A model generated the notes under the pieces. The model worked only from the letters and a program-made list of their open reading frames with translations. It ran no database searches and was not told the origin of the DNA. 64,000 nt of DNA. It comes from a virus. This document shows positions 55,851-64,000 of this stretch, piece after piece. Location of the stretch: IMG/VR virus record IMGVR_UViG_3300023198_001068. The stretch is one strand, 5' to 3'. Made by a program: the position numbers and the translations under genes. Positions within the stretch are counted from its first letter, which is position 1; every line of letters starts with the position of its first letter.

Positions 55851-56332
55851 TCGTCAGATTCTTCTGAGTCAGCGGAAATGATGCGCTCCCAGGCGGTCCG
55901 TGGCTCAGGTTTCGGCTTCGGTTTTACCCAGCCCGTGATGCCGGCTTCCTTCGGTTCGGTCTTGCCTGGGACGAACCGTATGCCTGGTTCCTCGTGTGGG
56001 TCGTCGTTAAGCTCGAACGTGGGGTGAGAGCGGCGGTCGCCCACCCGGAACCGACGAATGGCCCCTTGGTGGGTCTCGATCTCGGCGGCGACCCTAACGT
56101 GCTCCGCGTTCCGGGCTACCAGGTCTCGGACTTCGGCGTCACGGCGGCGGCCCCGGCGAAGTGTGAACACGAGAGCCCCCACCGAGGCTAGGGCACCCAT
56201 GATGGATACCGTCACGAAAGCCCAGGTCCACCCGAAGTTCTTGCCCACGATCACGGGGACCGATAGGGCCAAGAGAACGAGCCCGATCCAGCCGACCTTC
56301 ACTTCAATGGTTCGGTGGCCGTCAGGCATCAA
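55841..56332 (-). CDS. Membrane protein with TAW tag
   Basis: Two TM segments; EPRTAWERIISAD. Confidence 0.7.
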   Translation of the reverse strand: MMPDGHRTIEVKVGWIGLVLLALSVPVIVGKNFGWTWAFVTVSIMGALASVGALVFTLRRGRRRDAEVRDLVARNAEHVRVAAEIETHQGAIRRFRVGDRRSHPTFELNDDPHEEPGIRFVPGKTEPKEAGITGWVKPKPKPEPRTAWERIISADSEESDEPG

Positions 56333-56646
56333 TCCTCGTCGTCAAGCCTCTGCCAGGCAGTCCTCGCGGCGGCGCTCGTGACCCGGCTTGATTCCGGGTC
56401 GTCGCGGCGTGGCTCGTCTGCTGGGTCTTCCAGTTGTGTGTGGTCCTCAACATCAGAGAGCCGTTCGTCAATGATGCCTCCCCACCTCTGGAGTTCCCGG
56501 AGGGACGTAGAGAGGGTGCGCAACTCGCGTTCATGCCTTACCTCTACGACCTTGAGCCGTCGGTGGACGAACCACAGGAGCGACGCCAGAGTGCCTATCG
56601 CGGCACCGATGAAGATCCCTGGGTGAGCCGAGAGGTACTCCCACAC
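56329..56646 (-). CDS. Single-TM protein with TAW tag
   Basis: GTG 56646 lies 6 nt after GGTGTATAGT; ends ARTAWQRLDDED. Confidence 0.7.
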   Translation of the reverse strand: MWEYLSAHPGIFIGAAIGTLASLLWFVHRRLKVVEVRHERELRTLSTSLRELQRWGGIIDERLSDVEDHTQLEDPADEPRRDDPESSRVTSAAARTAWQRLDDED

Positions 56647-56663
56647 CCCCGGACTATACACCG

Positions 56664-57533
56664 TCAGGCGGCGGCTGCGACTAGCTCGTCCGGCTGCTCC
56701 ACGCCCATGCTCGACCAGCGAACCTTGAGACCCTTGCCGGGGATCCACTCCAGGTAGTGGTTGGCCACGAGCCAGATGAATCTGGCGATGAGCGTCACCG
56801 GCAAAGCCCCGTACCCGAGCCCAAAGCTCGCGGCGATGAGTCCAATGCCAGACTCGGGCATCGAGGCCAGCAGTTCCGGCAAACTGATGCTGCCCGTGAA
56901 CCCGGCGATGAGCCCCTGAAGGTCCCAACTCAACTCGGCGACGTTGAACCAGATCCAGACGAAGATGGCGCCGTAGAGCGGGCGCCGCAGGTGGGGCAGG
57001 TACTTCTTGAAGAAGTCGTCCACCTTGACCGAGCCCGCGTGGATCTTGCCCAGGGCTTTCTTGGCCCAAGGCACCTTGTCCAGGATGCGGACCATCAGGT
57101 CGGTCAGACCCGGGAGCTTGTTCTTCGGCGTGAAGAACAAGGAGAGTGGGAAGTGCGCCGACGCCCCCTTGAGGATCTTGCCCAGCGCTCGCTTGCCTTC
57201 TTTGGCGAGTTCCTTGAGCTTGGTCCCGAGGATCTTGCCCTTCTCGATGAGGCTCAACCCCTCCATCTCGTCCAGGCCCAGCGCCTTCTGGATGGCGGGC
57301 CATGCTCGGGGAGCACGCTTGACGAGCTTCAGGAGCTTGCCCACCGCACGCATGATGCCGCCGAACGCTTGCTTGTCGGTCGCCAGGCGGGGCTCCCAGA
57401 ACGCCTCTGCAATCGCCAACACCTGCTCCTTGGGGGGACTCCAGGCTGCGATCCTCACTGAATCGGTGTACTGTAGGTCCACCGCCTTCCGAATCAGGAA
57501 GCGGTCCCGAACCCGCAGAGCAACGGCATCCAT
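56664..57533 (-). CDS. Hypothetical protein with hydrophobic C-terminal half
   Basis: MDAVALRVRDRF start at ATG 57533. Confidence 0.65.
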   Translation of the reverse strand: MDAVALRVRDRFLIRKAVDLQYTDSVRIAAWSPPKEQVLAIAEAFWEPRLATDKQAFGGIMRAVGKLLKLVKRAPRAWPAIQKALGLDEMEGLSLIEKGKILGTKLKELAKEGKRALGKILKGASAHFPLSLFFTPKNKLPGLTDLMVRILDKVPWAKKALGKIHAGSVKVDDFFKKYLPHLRRPLYGAIFVWIWFNVAELSWDLQGLIAGFTGSISLPELLASMPESGIGLIAASFGLGYGALPVTLIARFIWLVANHYLEWIPGKGLKVRWSSMGVEQPDELVAAAA

Positions 57534-57576
57534 ACTCAGATGGGCGTACAGATAGATCCGCAAGAGCGCCTGACAG

Positions 57577-59421
57577 ATGACTCGTTCGACGATGAAGAAG
57601 CTGGGTAAGTGGGCCCTCTTGGTGGTGGTGTTGTTGCTCGTCTTGGCCGGGGCGGCGTACCTGTACCTGCCGACCCTGGCTGAGAAGTACGCCAGGGAGA
57701 AGTACCCTGACATTCAGAGCATCGACCGCGTGACCGTCGGCTGGATGTACGTCATCGCTGAGGGAGTCGTGGTCGTGAAGCCCGGACTCTGGGCTCGGGC
57801 CGAACGGGTCTCGGTGGACGACAAACAGATCCTTGTCGAGGGCGGCTTCGTGAAAGTTGACCTCGACACCTTCAAACGGCCGAAGGGTGAAGGGGGCGGC
57901 TCGGGTGGTCGCACGCTCACCCTGAAGGGCCTCAAGGTCGAGGCTCGCAAGGGGCCTGTGGTGGCTCACCTGGACGACGCCTTTTGGGAAGGAGACCTGG
58001 CCTGCGCTGAGACGGGGGTGTTCTCCTACGAGGGCTACGTGTCCGGAGGGATCCTCGTTCGGCCGTGTTGGCATCGAGACAAGAAGCTCGTCCAGGTTGA
58101 CCGCATTGAGGCCAAGGTCCCCATTCCCATCCCATTCCCCTTCATGGAGGACCAGGAGCAGGTCTACCTCACTGACGTGATCGTGGACCTGGGGCAACGG
58201 ACCCTGCAAGTCGAAACGGTGGGGCTGGGGACTACGGAGGCGCTACCAGGGTGGCAAACCGAGATGGTGATGCTCCACGACCTTCACGTCTCGCAGCCAA
58301 CTGCGCACAGCGTCCGGCTTTACGTCCACACCTTCTTGACCAACCACCCGTGGCTCAAAAAGCCGTTCACCGATAACGGGGGTGTCACGCAAACCTGGTC
58401 GGACATGATGCACCTGACCGTGAGCATTCCCTTGGAGTACGTGCAAGGGAAGTCGAGCCCGGAAGGCATCACCATCCGTCAAGGCGTCCCCAACGATGTG
58501 GAGGAACTGGTGTGGGTCACGGAACACAAGGGTTCCGTGGTCCGGCTCAAGGTCTACCCTGGTGACTGGAGGATCGTCGGAGAGGAAGCCTCGTGCCGAG
58601 ACTGGTGGAACGCCATCCCAGGGGGCGCCTACTTCGACGGCCTCTCAGAGATGAGTCACGAGGGCATCAAGGGCTCTCTCAGTTTCGAGGTCCGAATACG
58701 CCCCAAGCCCAAGCTCAAACTCAAGAGCACCTGCAAGCTGGCCTGCTCCAACCCCTTGATCGCCCGGCTCAAGAAGGGCCGCTTCACGTACATGGCCTAC
58801 AACAAGGACAACGTGCTGTTCGAGCGGGAGACGGGACCTGTCACCCAGGACTGGGTGGGCATCGGTGACTTGCCCATCCACGTCCCGGATGCGTTCGTCA
58901 TGCTGGAAGATCCTGGCTTCCGGCACCACAAGGGGTTTCTCCGGATGGCCCTGTTCAACTCTCTCAAGGCCAACCTGGAGAAGGGTCGGTTCGTCAAGGG
59001 CGGCAGCACCATCACGATGCAGTTGGCGAAGAACCTCTGGCTCCAGCGCTACCGCACGCTTGACCGGAAGGCGCGGGAGGTCATCCTGTCCGGGTGGTTG
59101 GAGGGTTGCTTCACCAAGGCTGAGCTACTGGAGTTGTACCTCAACATCATCGAGTTCGGTCCCAACGTTTACGGGATAGGCGCTGGTGCCAAGCACCACT
59201 TCAAGAAGCCAGCCCAGATGCTCGCCCTGGACGAAGCGTTCTACCTGGCCAAGATCCTTCCCCGGCCCAAGACCGCCGCACCCCCAGACCCAGAACTCAA
59301 ACGCACTCGACGCTTCATCAAGAGGCTCGTCACCTCTGGGTACTTGCCCGAGCATATCCTCCCCGATCTAGGCGAGGATGACTCAGCCCTCGATACGGAA
59401 GGGTGGGAAGTCAATGAGTGA
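57577..59421 (+). CDS. Membrane-anchored peptidoglycan glycosyltransferase (GT51, MtgA-like C-terminal domain)
   Basis: EDPGFRHHKG, GGSTITMQLAKNL, RKAREV, LELYLNIIEFG, YGIGAGAKHHF. Confidence 0.85.
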   Translation: MTRSTMKKLGKWALLVVVLLLVLAGAAYLYLPTLAEKYAREKYPDIQSIDRVTVGWMYVIAEGVVVVKPGLWARAERVSVDDKQILVEGGFVKVDLDTFKRPKGEGGGSGGRTLTLKGLKVEARKGPVVAHLDDAFWEGDLACAETGVFSYEGYVSGGILVRPCWHRDKKLVQVDRIEAKVPIPIPFPFMEDQEQVYLTDVIVDLGQRTLQVETVGLGTTEALPGWQTEMVMLHDLHVSQPTAHSVRLYVHTFLTNHPWLKKPFTDNGGVTQTWSDMMHLTVSIPLEYVQGKSSPEGITIRQGVPNDVEELVWVTEHKGSVVRLKVYPGDWRIVGEEASCRDWWNAIPGGAYFDGLSEMSHEGIKGSLSFEVRIRPKPKLKLKSTCKLACSNPLIARLKKGRFTYMAYNKDNVLFERETGPVTQDWVGIGDLPIHVPDAFVMLEDPGFRHHKGFLRMALFNSLKANLEKGRFVKGGSTITMQLAKNLWLQRYRTLDRKAREVILSGWLEGCFTKAELLELYLNIIEFGPNVYGIGAGAKHHFKKPAQMLALDEAFYLAKILPRPKTAAPPDPELKRTRRFIKRLVTSGYLPEHILPDLGEDDSALDTEGWEVNE

Positions 59422-59974
59422 CGACGCCCTGTTCATCACGATCATACTGGCGTTCACATCCCTTCCGTTTGTGACGCTCTTGGTCCTGAAGGTGTGGCGC
59501 CTACGGGCTCGACTCCGCAAGAAGAAAGCTCAGATGCGAGAGGTCGAGCAGAACCCTCACCGTCGCATCGACATACGGCTCCAAGCCAACGACCAGAGAA
59601 GTCGGGCCGTGATAGCCGAAGGGGTCCAGCGGTCCGTTGCCTCTTGGGCAGCCCAGTGGCAGGAGGCCCCCACGCTGCCTCCGGCTACTTCTGACCAGGT
59701 GCTCGCGACAACCCGTGGTGGCGACCTCATGTGGACGAGCGTGGAGGCGGGCGACGGGAGTGAGGGCCCCGGGATCCGCCTCGTAACCGGGGACGGCCGG
59801 ACCACCCCCATCCTGGCGGGCAACTCTGGTGAGAGCCCCTGTCGAGCAGACGAGTACGGCGGCATCATCCTCACGAGAGCGGGGCCTGTGACCGACGGCT
59901 CCGGCGAGGTCAAGATGGAGCCGGAGCCTCCACCTCGCACGGCCTGGGAAAGGCTCCTGGACGATGATGCCTGA
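59414..59974 (+). CDS. Single-TM protein with TAW tag
   Basis: N-terminal TM; ends PRTAWERLLDDDA. Confidence 0.7.
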   Translation: MSDDALFITIILAFTSLPFVTLLVLKVWRLRARLRKKKAQMREVEQNPHRRIDIRLQANDQRSRAVIAEGVQRSVASWAAQWQEAPTLPPATSDQVLATTRGGDLMWTSVEAGDGSEGPGIRLVTGDGRTTPILAGNSGESPCRADEYGGIILTRAGPVTDGSGEVKMEPEPPPRTAWERLLDDDA

Positions 59975-60170
59975 CTTGCCCTGGTACGTGTGGTTTGGGC
60001 TCGGGGCTCTCATGTACCCCGTGATGAAGCGAGTCATCCTGCGTGTGGTGGGCCGTCAACTCAGGCTGCCTCGACCGAGGATGAGCGTCTCGGTTTGGCA
60101 GGCCGTGTCCAAGAAGAAACCACCAGAGAACGCTCCGACGGCCTGGGAGCGCATCCAGTCTGACGAATGA
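59964..60170 (+). CDS. Small TM protein with TAW tag
   Basis: N-terminal TM; ends PTAWERIQSDE. Confidence 0.7.
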   Translation: MMPDLPWYVWFGLGALMYPVMKRVILRVVGRQLRLPRPRMSVSVWQAVSKKKPPENAPTAWERIQSDE

Positions 60171-60193
60171 TCTTGTGATCCGGCAGGGGTGAC

Positions 60194-61303
60194 ATGATCA
60201 CTCCCCTCGACACCCAATGGGGCAAATACAAGGAATTCGAGGGAGCCTGGTACAAGGGCTCCGTCAAGTTCGATCTGCCCGACAACCCGACCGTCGCCGA
60301 CCTGGTGATGAACGTCATCACCTCGACCGAGGGCGGGGCGGCCGATGCCGTCAACGCCTACGACAAGTGCATGGTCTCGGTCGGCTACTTCCAGTGGTGC
60401 GAAATCTGGCGGCTGACCAGCCAACTACTGTGGCACATCCAGAAGCACGACGCGGACCTGCTCGACCTGCTCCAGCCCGCCCTGGACGCCTCGGGCGCCT
60501 ACTTCCAAAAGGACTTCTTCTGGGAGGGCGAGGAAAAGCCCATCCGCAAGCGGGCCGACCAGCAACGCTTGTTCCTGCTCAACTCCAACGGACGGCTGGG
60601 GACCTGGGACGAGCCCAGCAAGGATCACGTCAAGCTCTGGGTGGCCAGCCTCTCGAACGTCCTGGCCCAACCCGAGGCCAACCGTCTCCAAGTTGGATAC
60701 ACGGCCGAGCGGGTCAAGATGTTCGCCTCCAAGGCCGCCAAGAAGATCCTGTTCGACGACGAGCCCGACCAGGGGTGGGTAGGGGGCCTCAGAGCGGGCT
60801 TCCTGAGCTTCGCAGCCAACAACCCTGCCAAGGCATCAGAGAACCTGGTGAAGGCTGTGAAGGACACTGCGGCCCCCAAGTGGAACCCCGACTGGTGCAT
60901 CGCGGTCCTGAAGCAACTGACCTTCGGGCCGAAGATCACCATCTACCCGCACCGCTACAACAAGATCCGCCCGGTCATCGAACGGCTCTACGGCATCGAC
61001 CTCCCCGACTTCGCCAGGGAACTGAAGAAGTGGCAGGTCGAGCACAACACCGAGAGCAACGCGGGCACCGACGAACCTGACTTCGGCGACCCCACGGATG
61101 TCCAGCAGCAGCTTGTGAACATGGGCTACGACCTCGGCCACTCGGGCCCCAACGGGGACGGCGTGGACGGAGCCTGGGGCCGCAAGAGCGACGACGCGCT
61201 CAAGACGTTCCAGAGCTACAACGGGCTCAGGGTGGACGGGGAGCTAGCCCCCAAGACCCGGGCGAAGTTGCTTGAGGTGTGGCGGGCGAAGGTTTGCAGC
61301 TAG
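60194..61303 (+). CDS. Putative cell-wall hydrolase with C-terminal PG-binding domain
   Basis: VQQQLVNMGYDLG...GVDGAWGRKSDDALKTFQ...GLRVDG; N-term TEGG...VNAYD...SVGYFQW is lysozyme-like. Confidence 0.65.
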   Translation: MITPLDTQWGKYKEFEGAWYKGSVKFDLPDNPTVADLVMNVITSTEGGAADAVNAYDKCMVSVGYFQWCEIWRLTSQLLWHIQKHDADLLDLLQPALDASGAYFQKDFFWEGEEKPIRKRADQQRLFLLNSNGRLGTWDEPSKDHVKLWVASLSNVLAQPEANRLQVGYTAERVKMFASKAAKKILFDDEPDQGWVGGLRAGFLSFAANNPAKASENLVKAVKDTAAPKWNPDWCIAVLKQLTFGPKITIYPHRYNKIRPVIERLYGIDLPDFARELKKWQVEHNTESNAGTDEPDFGDPTDVQQQLVNMGYDLGHSGPNGDGVDGAWGRKSDDALKTFQSYNGLRVDGELAPKTRAKLLEVWRAKVCS

Positions 61304-61803
61304 CCCAGCGACCTGTCGTAGCGCCGACGCAGCTTCCTGAGTTCCCTGAATAGCTCGTCCTTGTTCAAGGCGCTGCGACCGTCCAGGTCCACCAGTTGGG
61401 CGTACTCGTAGAGTTCGTCCTTGGTCAACTCGGCGAGAGTCTCGACCTCGGGGAGAACGGACAGGTCCGGTTCTTCCCCAGCCTCGACCTCATCCTCGGG
61501 CTCGGGCGCCGGCTGCGGCGGCGGCTTGGGGGCGGCCTTGGGCTTGGACTTGGGAGCGGGCGCTGGTGCTGGAGCGGCCTTGGCCTTCTTGGCCTTCCCT
61601 GACCGAATCAGCAAGGCATTGGTGGCCAACTGGAGCAGGTGGGCGGCTGAGCCCTTCGGCACTCCGAGGACCACTTCCTGTCCCGTCTCGGCAGCGAGCA
61701 GCTTGATGTAGTCGTCGGCCTGGGCAATCTTGTGCCCCTTGATGGCCGCCTTCTGAAAGCGGTTCTTGAGGCCAGCCAGTTCAGCGTCAGTCAGCTTGGT
61801 CAT
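61300..61803 (-). CDS. Protein with C-terminal Rho_N/HEH-like domain
   Basis: LAELTKDELYEYAQLVDLDGRSALNKDELF; Pro/Ala-rich linker. Confidence 0.65.
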   Translation of the reverse strand: MTKLTDAELAGLKNRFQKAAIKGHKIAQADDYIKLLAAETGQEVVLGVPKGSAAHLLQLATNALLIRSGKAKKAKAAPAPAPAPKSKPKAAPKPPPQPAPEPEDEVEAGEEPDLSVLPEVETLAELTKDELYEYAQLVDLDGRSALNKDELFRELRKLRRRYDRSLG

Positions 61804-61842
61804 ACGAGGCTCCTTGAGTAGGGAGCCTCATAAGAAGAATGG

Positions 61843-62595
61843 TTACTTCTGGGCTATCGGCCCCTGCGCCGCCTTCTTGGCGTTCTCCGCTTCCCGTTCC
61901 TTCCGGGCAGCTTCCTCAGCCGCCCGTTGCTGCTGGATCTGGACCACGGAGGCGAGGATGTCGGAATCTACGAACTTCCGCTTGGAGCGGCTGCGTCTGT
62001 ACCAACGCATCGCCGTGCCCATCCTGGTCTCGCTCTGCTTTGCTCCGTTCTGGCAGTTGCCCGAGGCGTAGGCCCGGAGCCGCTGGTTGAGAGGGAGCTT
62101 GCGACAGCCTCCCATCGACAGTCGGAGAACCCGGAGCCCCTCTCGGATGCAGAGCTTGCGGTCGGCAATCAACTCGGCGCCCGTGTAGCCGGGATGGATT
62201 TCCTCTGGTGGGTCGTCCCACCTCACCTTCCGGTTGTGCTTCTTGTTCCACTTCAGGGTGCGGCCGGTCCCGACGTTCAACTGCATCAAGCACCAGGAGT
62301 TGCCCTTGTCCCCCCGAGCGTACTTGCCCAGGTTGAGGTCCACATCTCGGCGGAACCCCGACTCGTGGAGCATGATGCTCAGGATTACCGAGACCGTCCG
62401 AGCCCGCCCCGTCGAGCCCCGGAACAGCGGCTTCACGTTTGGGTCGTAGACGACCTCCACGATGTCCCGAGAAATCTCGTTGTACCGAGCAGTGGCTTCC
62501 TGCTTCGTCTCTTGGGCGTGGGGGAAGTACAGCTTCCGTCCAGGCGGGGCTACCGCCATGATGAAAGCCATGATCCAGACTATAACTGCGTCCAT
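61843..62595 (-). CDS. Secreted lysozyme-fold (SLT-like) protein
   Basis: N-terminal hydrophobic segment; IMLHESGF...SWCLMQL. Confidence 0.6.
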   Translation of the reverse strand: MDAVIVWIMAFIMAVAPPGRKLYFPHAQETKQEATARYNEISRDIVEVVYDPNVKPLFRGSTGRARTVSVILSIMLHESGFRRDVDLNLGKYARGDKGNSWCLMQLNVGTGRTLKWNKKHNRKVRWDDPPEEIHPGYTGAELIADRKLCIREGLRVLRLSMGGCRKLPLNQRLRAYASGNCQNGAKQSETRMGTAMRWYRRSRSKRKFVDSDILASVVQIQQQRAAEEAARKEREAENAKKAAQGPIAQK

Positions 62596-63001
62596 CTCGT
62601 TCTCCGTCTCAATCCGTAAGCTCGCTGCTCAAAGCAACCCTCAAGGACACTGAACTCCCGTAGTCACCCTCTGGTCAGCGGGGTCCTTGTGCTTCTTGCC
62701 CTTTCACCCGGCATAGAAAGGTATTGCAACTTCACCAGGCTCCGCAGAAGGAGAGTCAACTTGGCCTACCTGTTGCTTGCGTCAGGGAAGGGCGACACTT
62801 TTGGCTGGTTGTGACCGAAAAAAGACCGTCCGACTCAGAGTTTTGACCTCAACACGCAAGTTGACAGATCCGCTCTGGGTGCAACCACTACGAAATTACT
62901 TGTGCGTCCCCGATGGTCCGAGCACCTTAGTCGCTCAGGATCGATCCTGCCAAGTTTTTTCCGGCAGAAACGAGTTTTGAGAGTTGGTGTATGGTGGGGG
63001 T

Positions 63002-63433
63002 ATGTCCCTAGCAAAATTTCACAGGGGGCTTTACGGACCGGAGCCTAACCCCGCGTCTTTGAAGCTCTACGAGGCGGCCGAGGGCAACGGGATTCAGGGC
63101 TACGATGCGCGAGTCCTCGACCCTGACGAGTTCCTGGCCAGCCTCGCTCTCGCGTTACACCTGACCGAGAACCAGCATCGAGTCTACATCCTCGTGCCCA
63201 AGGCTCGGCAGGAGCAGGTGCTCACCCAGTTGAAAAACGTCGCTCGCCAGATGATCCAGGCCCGCAAGGATAGCCCCTCCGGCGTCCAGTTCGTCAAGGA
63301 CGTGTTTGCGCTCCTGGTGATGGAGTCGCGTGTCTTGCAGTTCCCCGACCCGCCGGACCGATGGGTGTCCATCGGCTTCTGCTCGACGGACCCCTTGCCA
63401 GAGTGGATGAAGGGCCGTCTACTCGGGCAATGA
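63002..63433 (+). CDS. Hypothetical protein
   Basis: ATG 6 nt after GGTGTATGGT (62986-62995). Confidence 0.7.
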   Translation: MSLAKFHRGLYGPEPNPASLKLYEAAEGNGIQGYDARVLDPDEFLASLALALHLTENQHRVYILVPKARQEQVLTQLKNVARQMIQARKDSPSGVQFVKDVFALLVMESRVLQFPDPPDRWVSIGFCSTDPLPEWMKGRLLGQ

Positions 63434-64000
63434 GCCAGGACGACGAGCCAGACCTCGACCTGGAGAGTTCGTGGGCCGACCTTGGGATCGGTTCGCCCAT
63501 CCTACTCTCGGCAGGGATACGTGCGTCCAACATCAAGGGCTCGATGACCCTGGCCTCGGAGAAGGCCATCTTCAAGCTACGGGAGATCATCGGCGAGAAG
63601 TACAGCGAGCAGACGCTCACGGCCGACACCCTGGCCGAGATCGTCGGGGTCGGCGTGCGAACTTTCGTGGAACACTGGTACGACGAGCTACGGAGTCAAA
63701 ATCTGGCGGGGCTGGTCGAGGTCGTCCTGGAAGGGCAGAAGCTCTCGCCAACCCAGATCAAAGGATTCGTCCACGCGCTACCCAACGACCTGGTAGAGAA
63801 GATCGCCAGGTCAGAGGTCCACAGTGCCAACGGCTACCACGGGCTCATGGCGCTCGAACACCATCGCCGGATAAAGACCATCGAGAACTACGAGGTTGGG
63901 CTAGACGGGAACCGTGTCTGGGTCGAGTTCGTGCATAGCAGCAAAGACGGCTCGGAGCCGGCGCTGGTCCGCTTCTACCTGGACGAGAAGTTCGACCTCG
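63430..64000 (+). CDS. Hypothetical protein, 3'-truncated (missed by ORF track)
   Basis: ATGA overlap at 63430; MSQDDEPDLDLESSW... open to the window end. Confidence 0.7.
   Translation, partial: MSQDDEPDLDLESSWADLGIGSPILLSAGIRASNIKGSMTLASEKAIFKLREIIGEKYSEQTLTADTLAEIVGVGVRTFVEHWYDELRSQNLAGLVEVVLEGQKLSPTQIKGFVHALPNDLVEKIARSEVHSANGYHGLMALEHHRRIKTIENYEVGLDGNRVWVEFVHSSKDGSEPALVRFYLDEKFDL

Noticed and set aside
56647-58209. 626-aa ORF 56329..58209
   Set aside because: It is mostly a shadow of the 56664 and 57577 genes; only the last 105 codons from GTG 56646 look genuine.
3063-60170. TAW motif as a DNA recombination cassette site or pure translational-coupling signal
   Set aside because: Synonymous codon variation, occurrence up to about 45 aa from the stop, and genes without an overlapping downstream start argue for peptide-level function. 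It is not fully excluded.
62596-62985. Intergenic region as an ncRNA
   Set aside because: It is the space between divergent genes carrying promoter motifs, and I could not support a convincing structure.
1-64000. Alternative genetic code, tRNA or rRNA genes
   Set aside because: Genes read full-length with TAA, TAG and TGA all used as stops, and no cloverleaf or rRNA-like sequence was recognised.

Overview
This window looks like the accessory (non-structural) region of a large, GC-rich bacteriophage genome. It is densely packed with short, mostly unknown ORFs on alternating strands, uses the standard genetic code, and shows no rRNA or tRNA, no host housekeeping operons and no recognisable capsid or tail genes. 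Recognisable genes: dNMP kinase, PvuII-family endonuclease, Panacea (DUF4065) antitoxin, J-domain protein, Xer-like tyrosine recombinase, NDT-Nudix fusion, DEDD exonuclease, ParB-like protein, M15 endolysin, GT51 peptidoglycan transglycosylase, further wall-acting enzymes, and a 1501-aa multi-zincin polyvalent-type protein. It also carries a compact type V CRISPR-Cas locus: a ~650-aa Cas12m/V-U1-like RuvC effector plus a 21-repeat array with heterogeneous, covarying repeats and no cas1/cas2. Three window-wide patterns stand out. (1) About 28 otherwise unrelated proteins share a (P/R)-T-A-W-(D/E)-R-(I/L)+acidic tag at or near the C-terminus. (2) A GGTG-TANNGT promoter-like motif sits 5-6 nt before at least 13 start codons, suggesting leaderless transcripts. 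(3) Several 6-bp palindromes appear to be avoided. All family assignments come from motif recognition by eye; no database searches were run.
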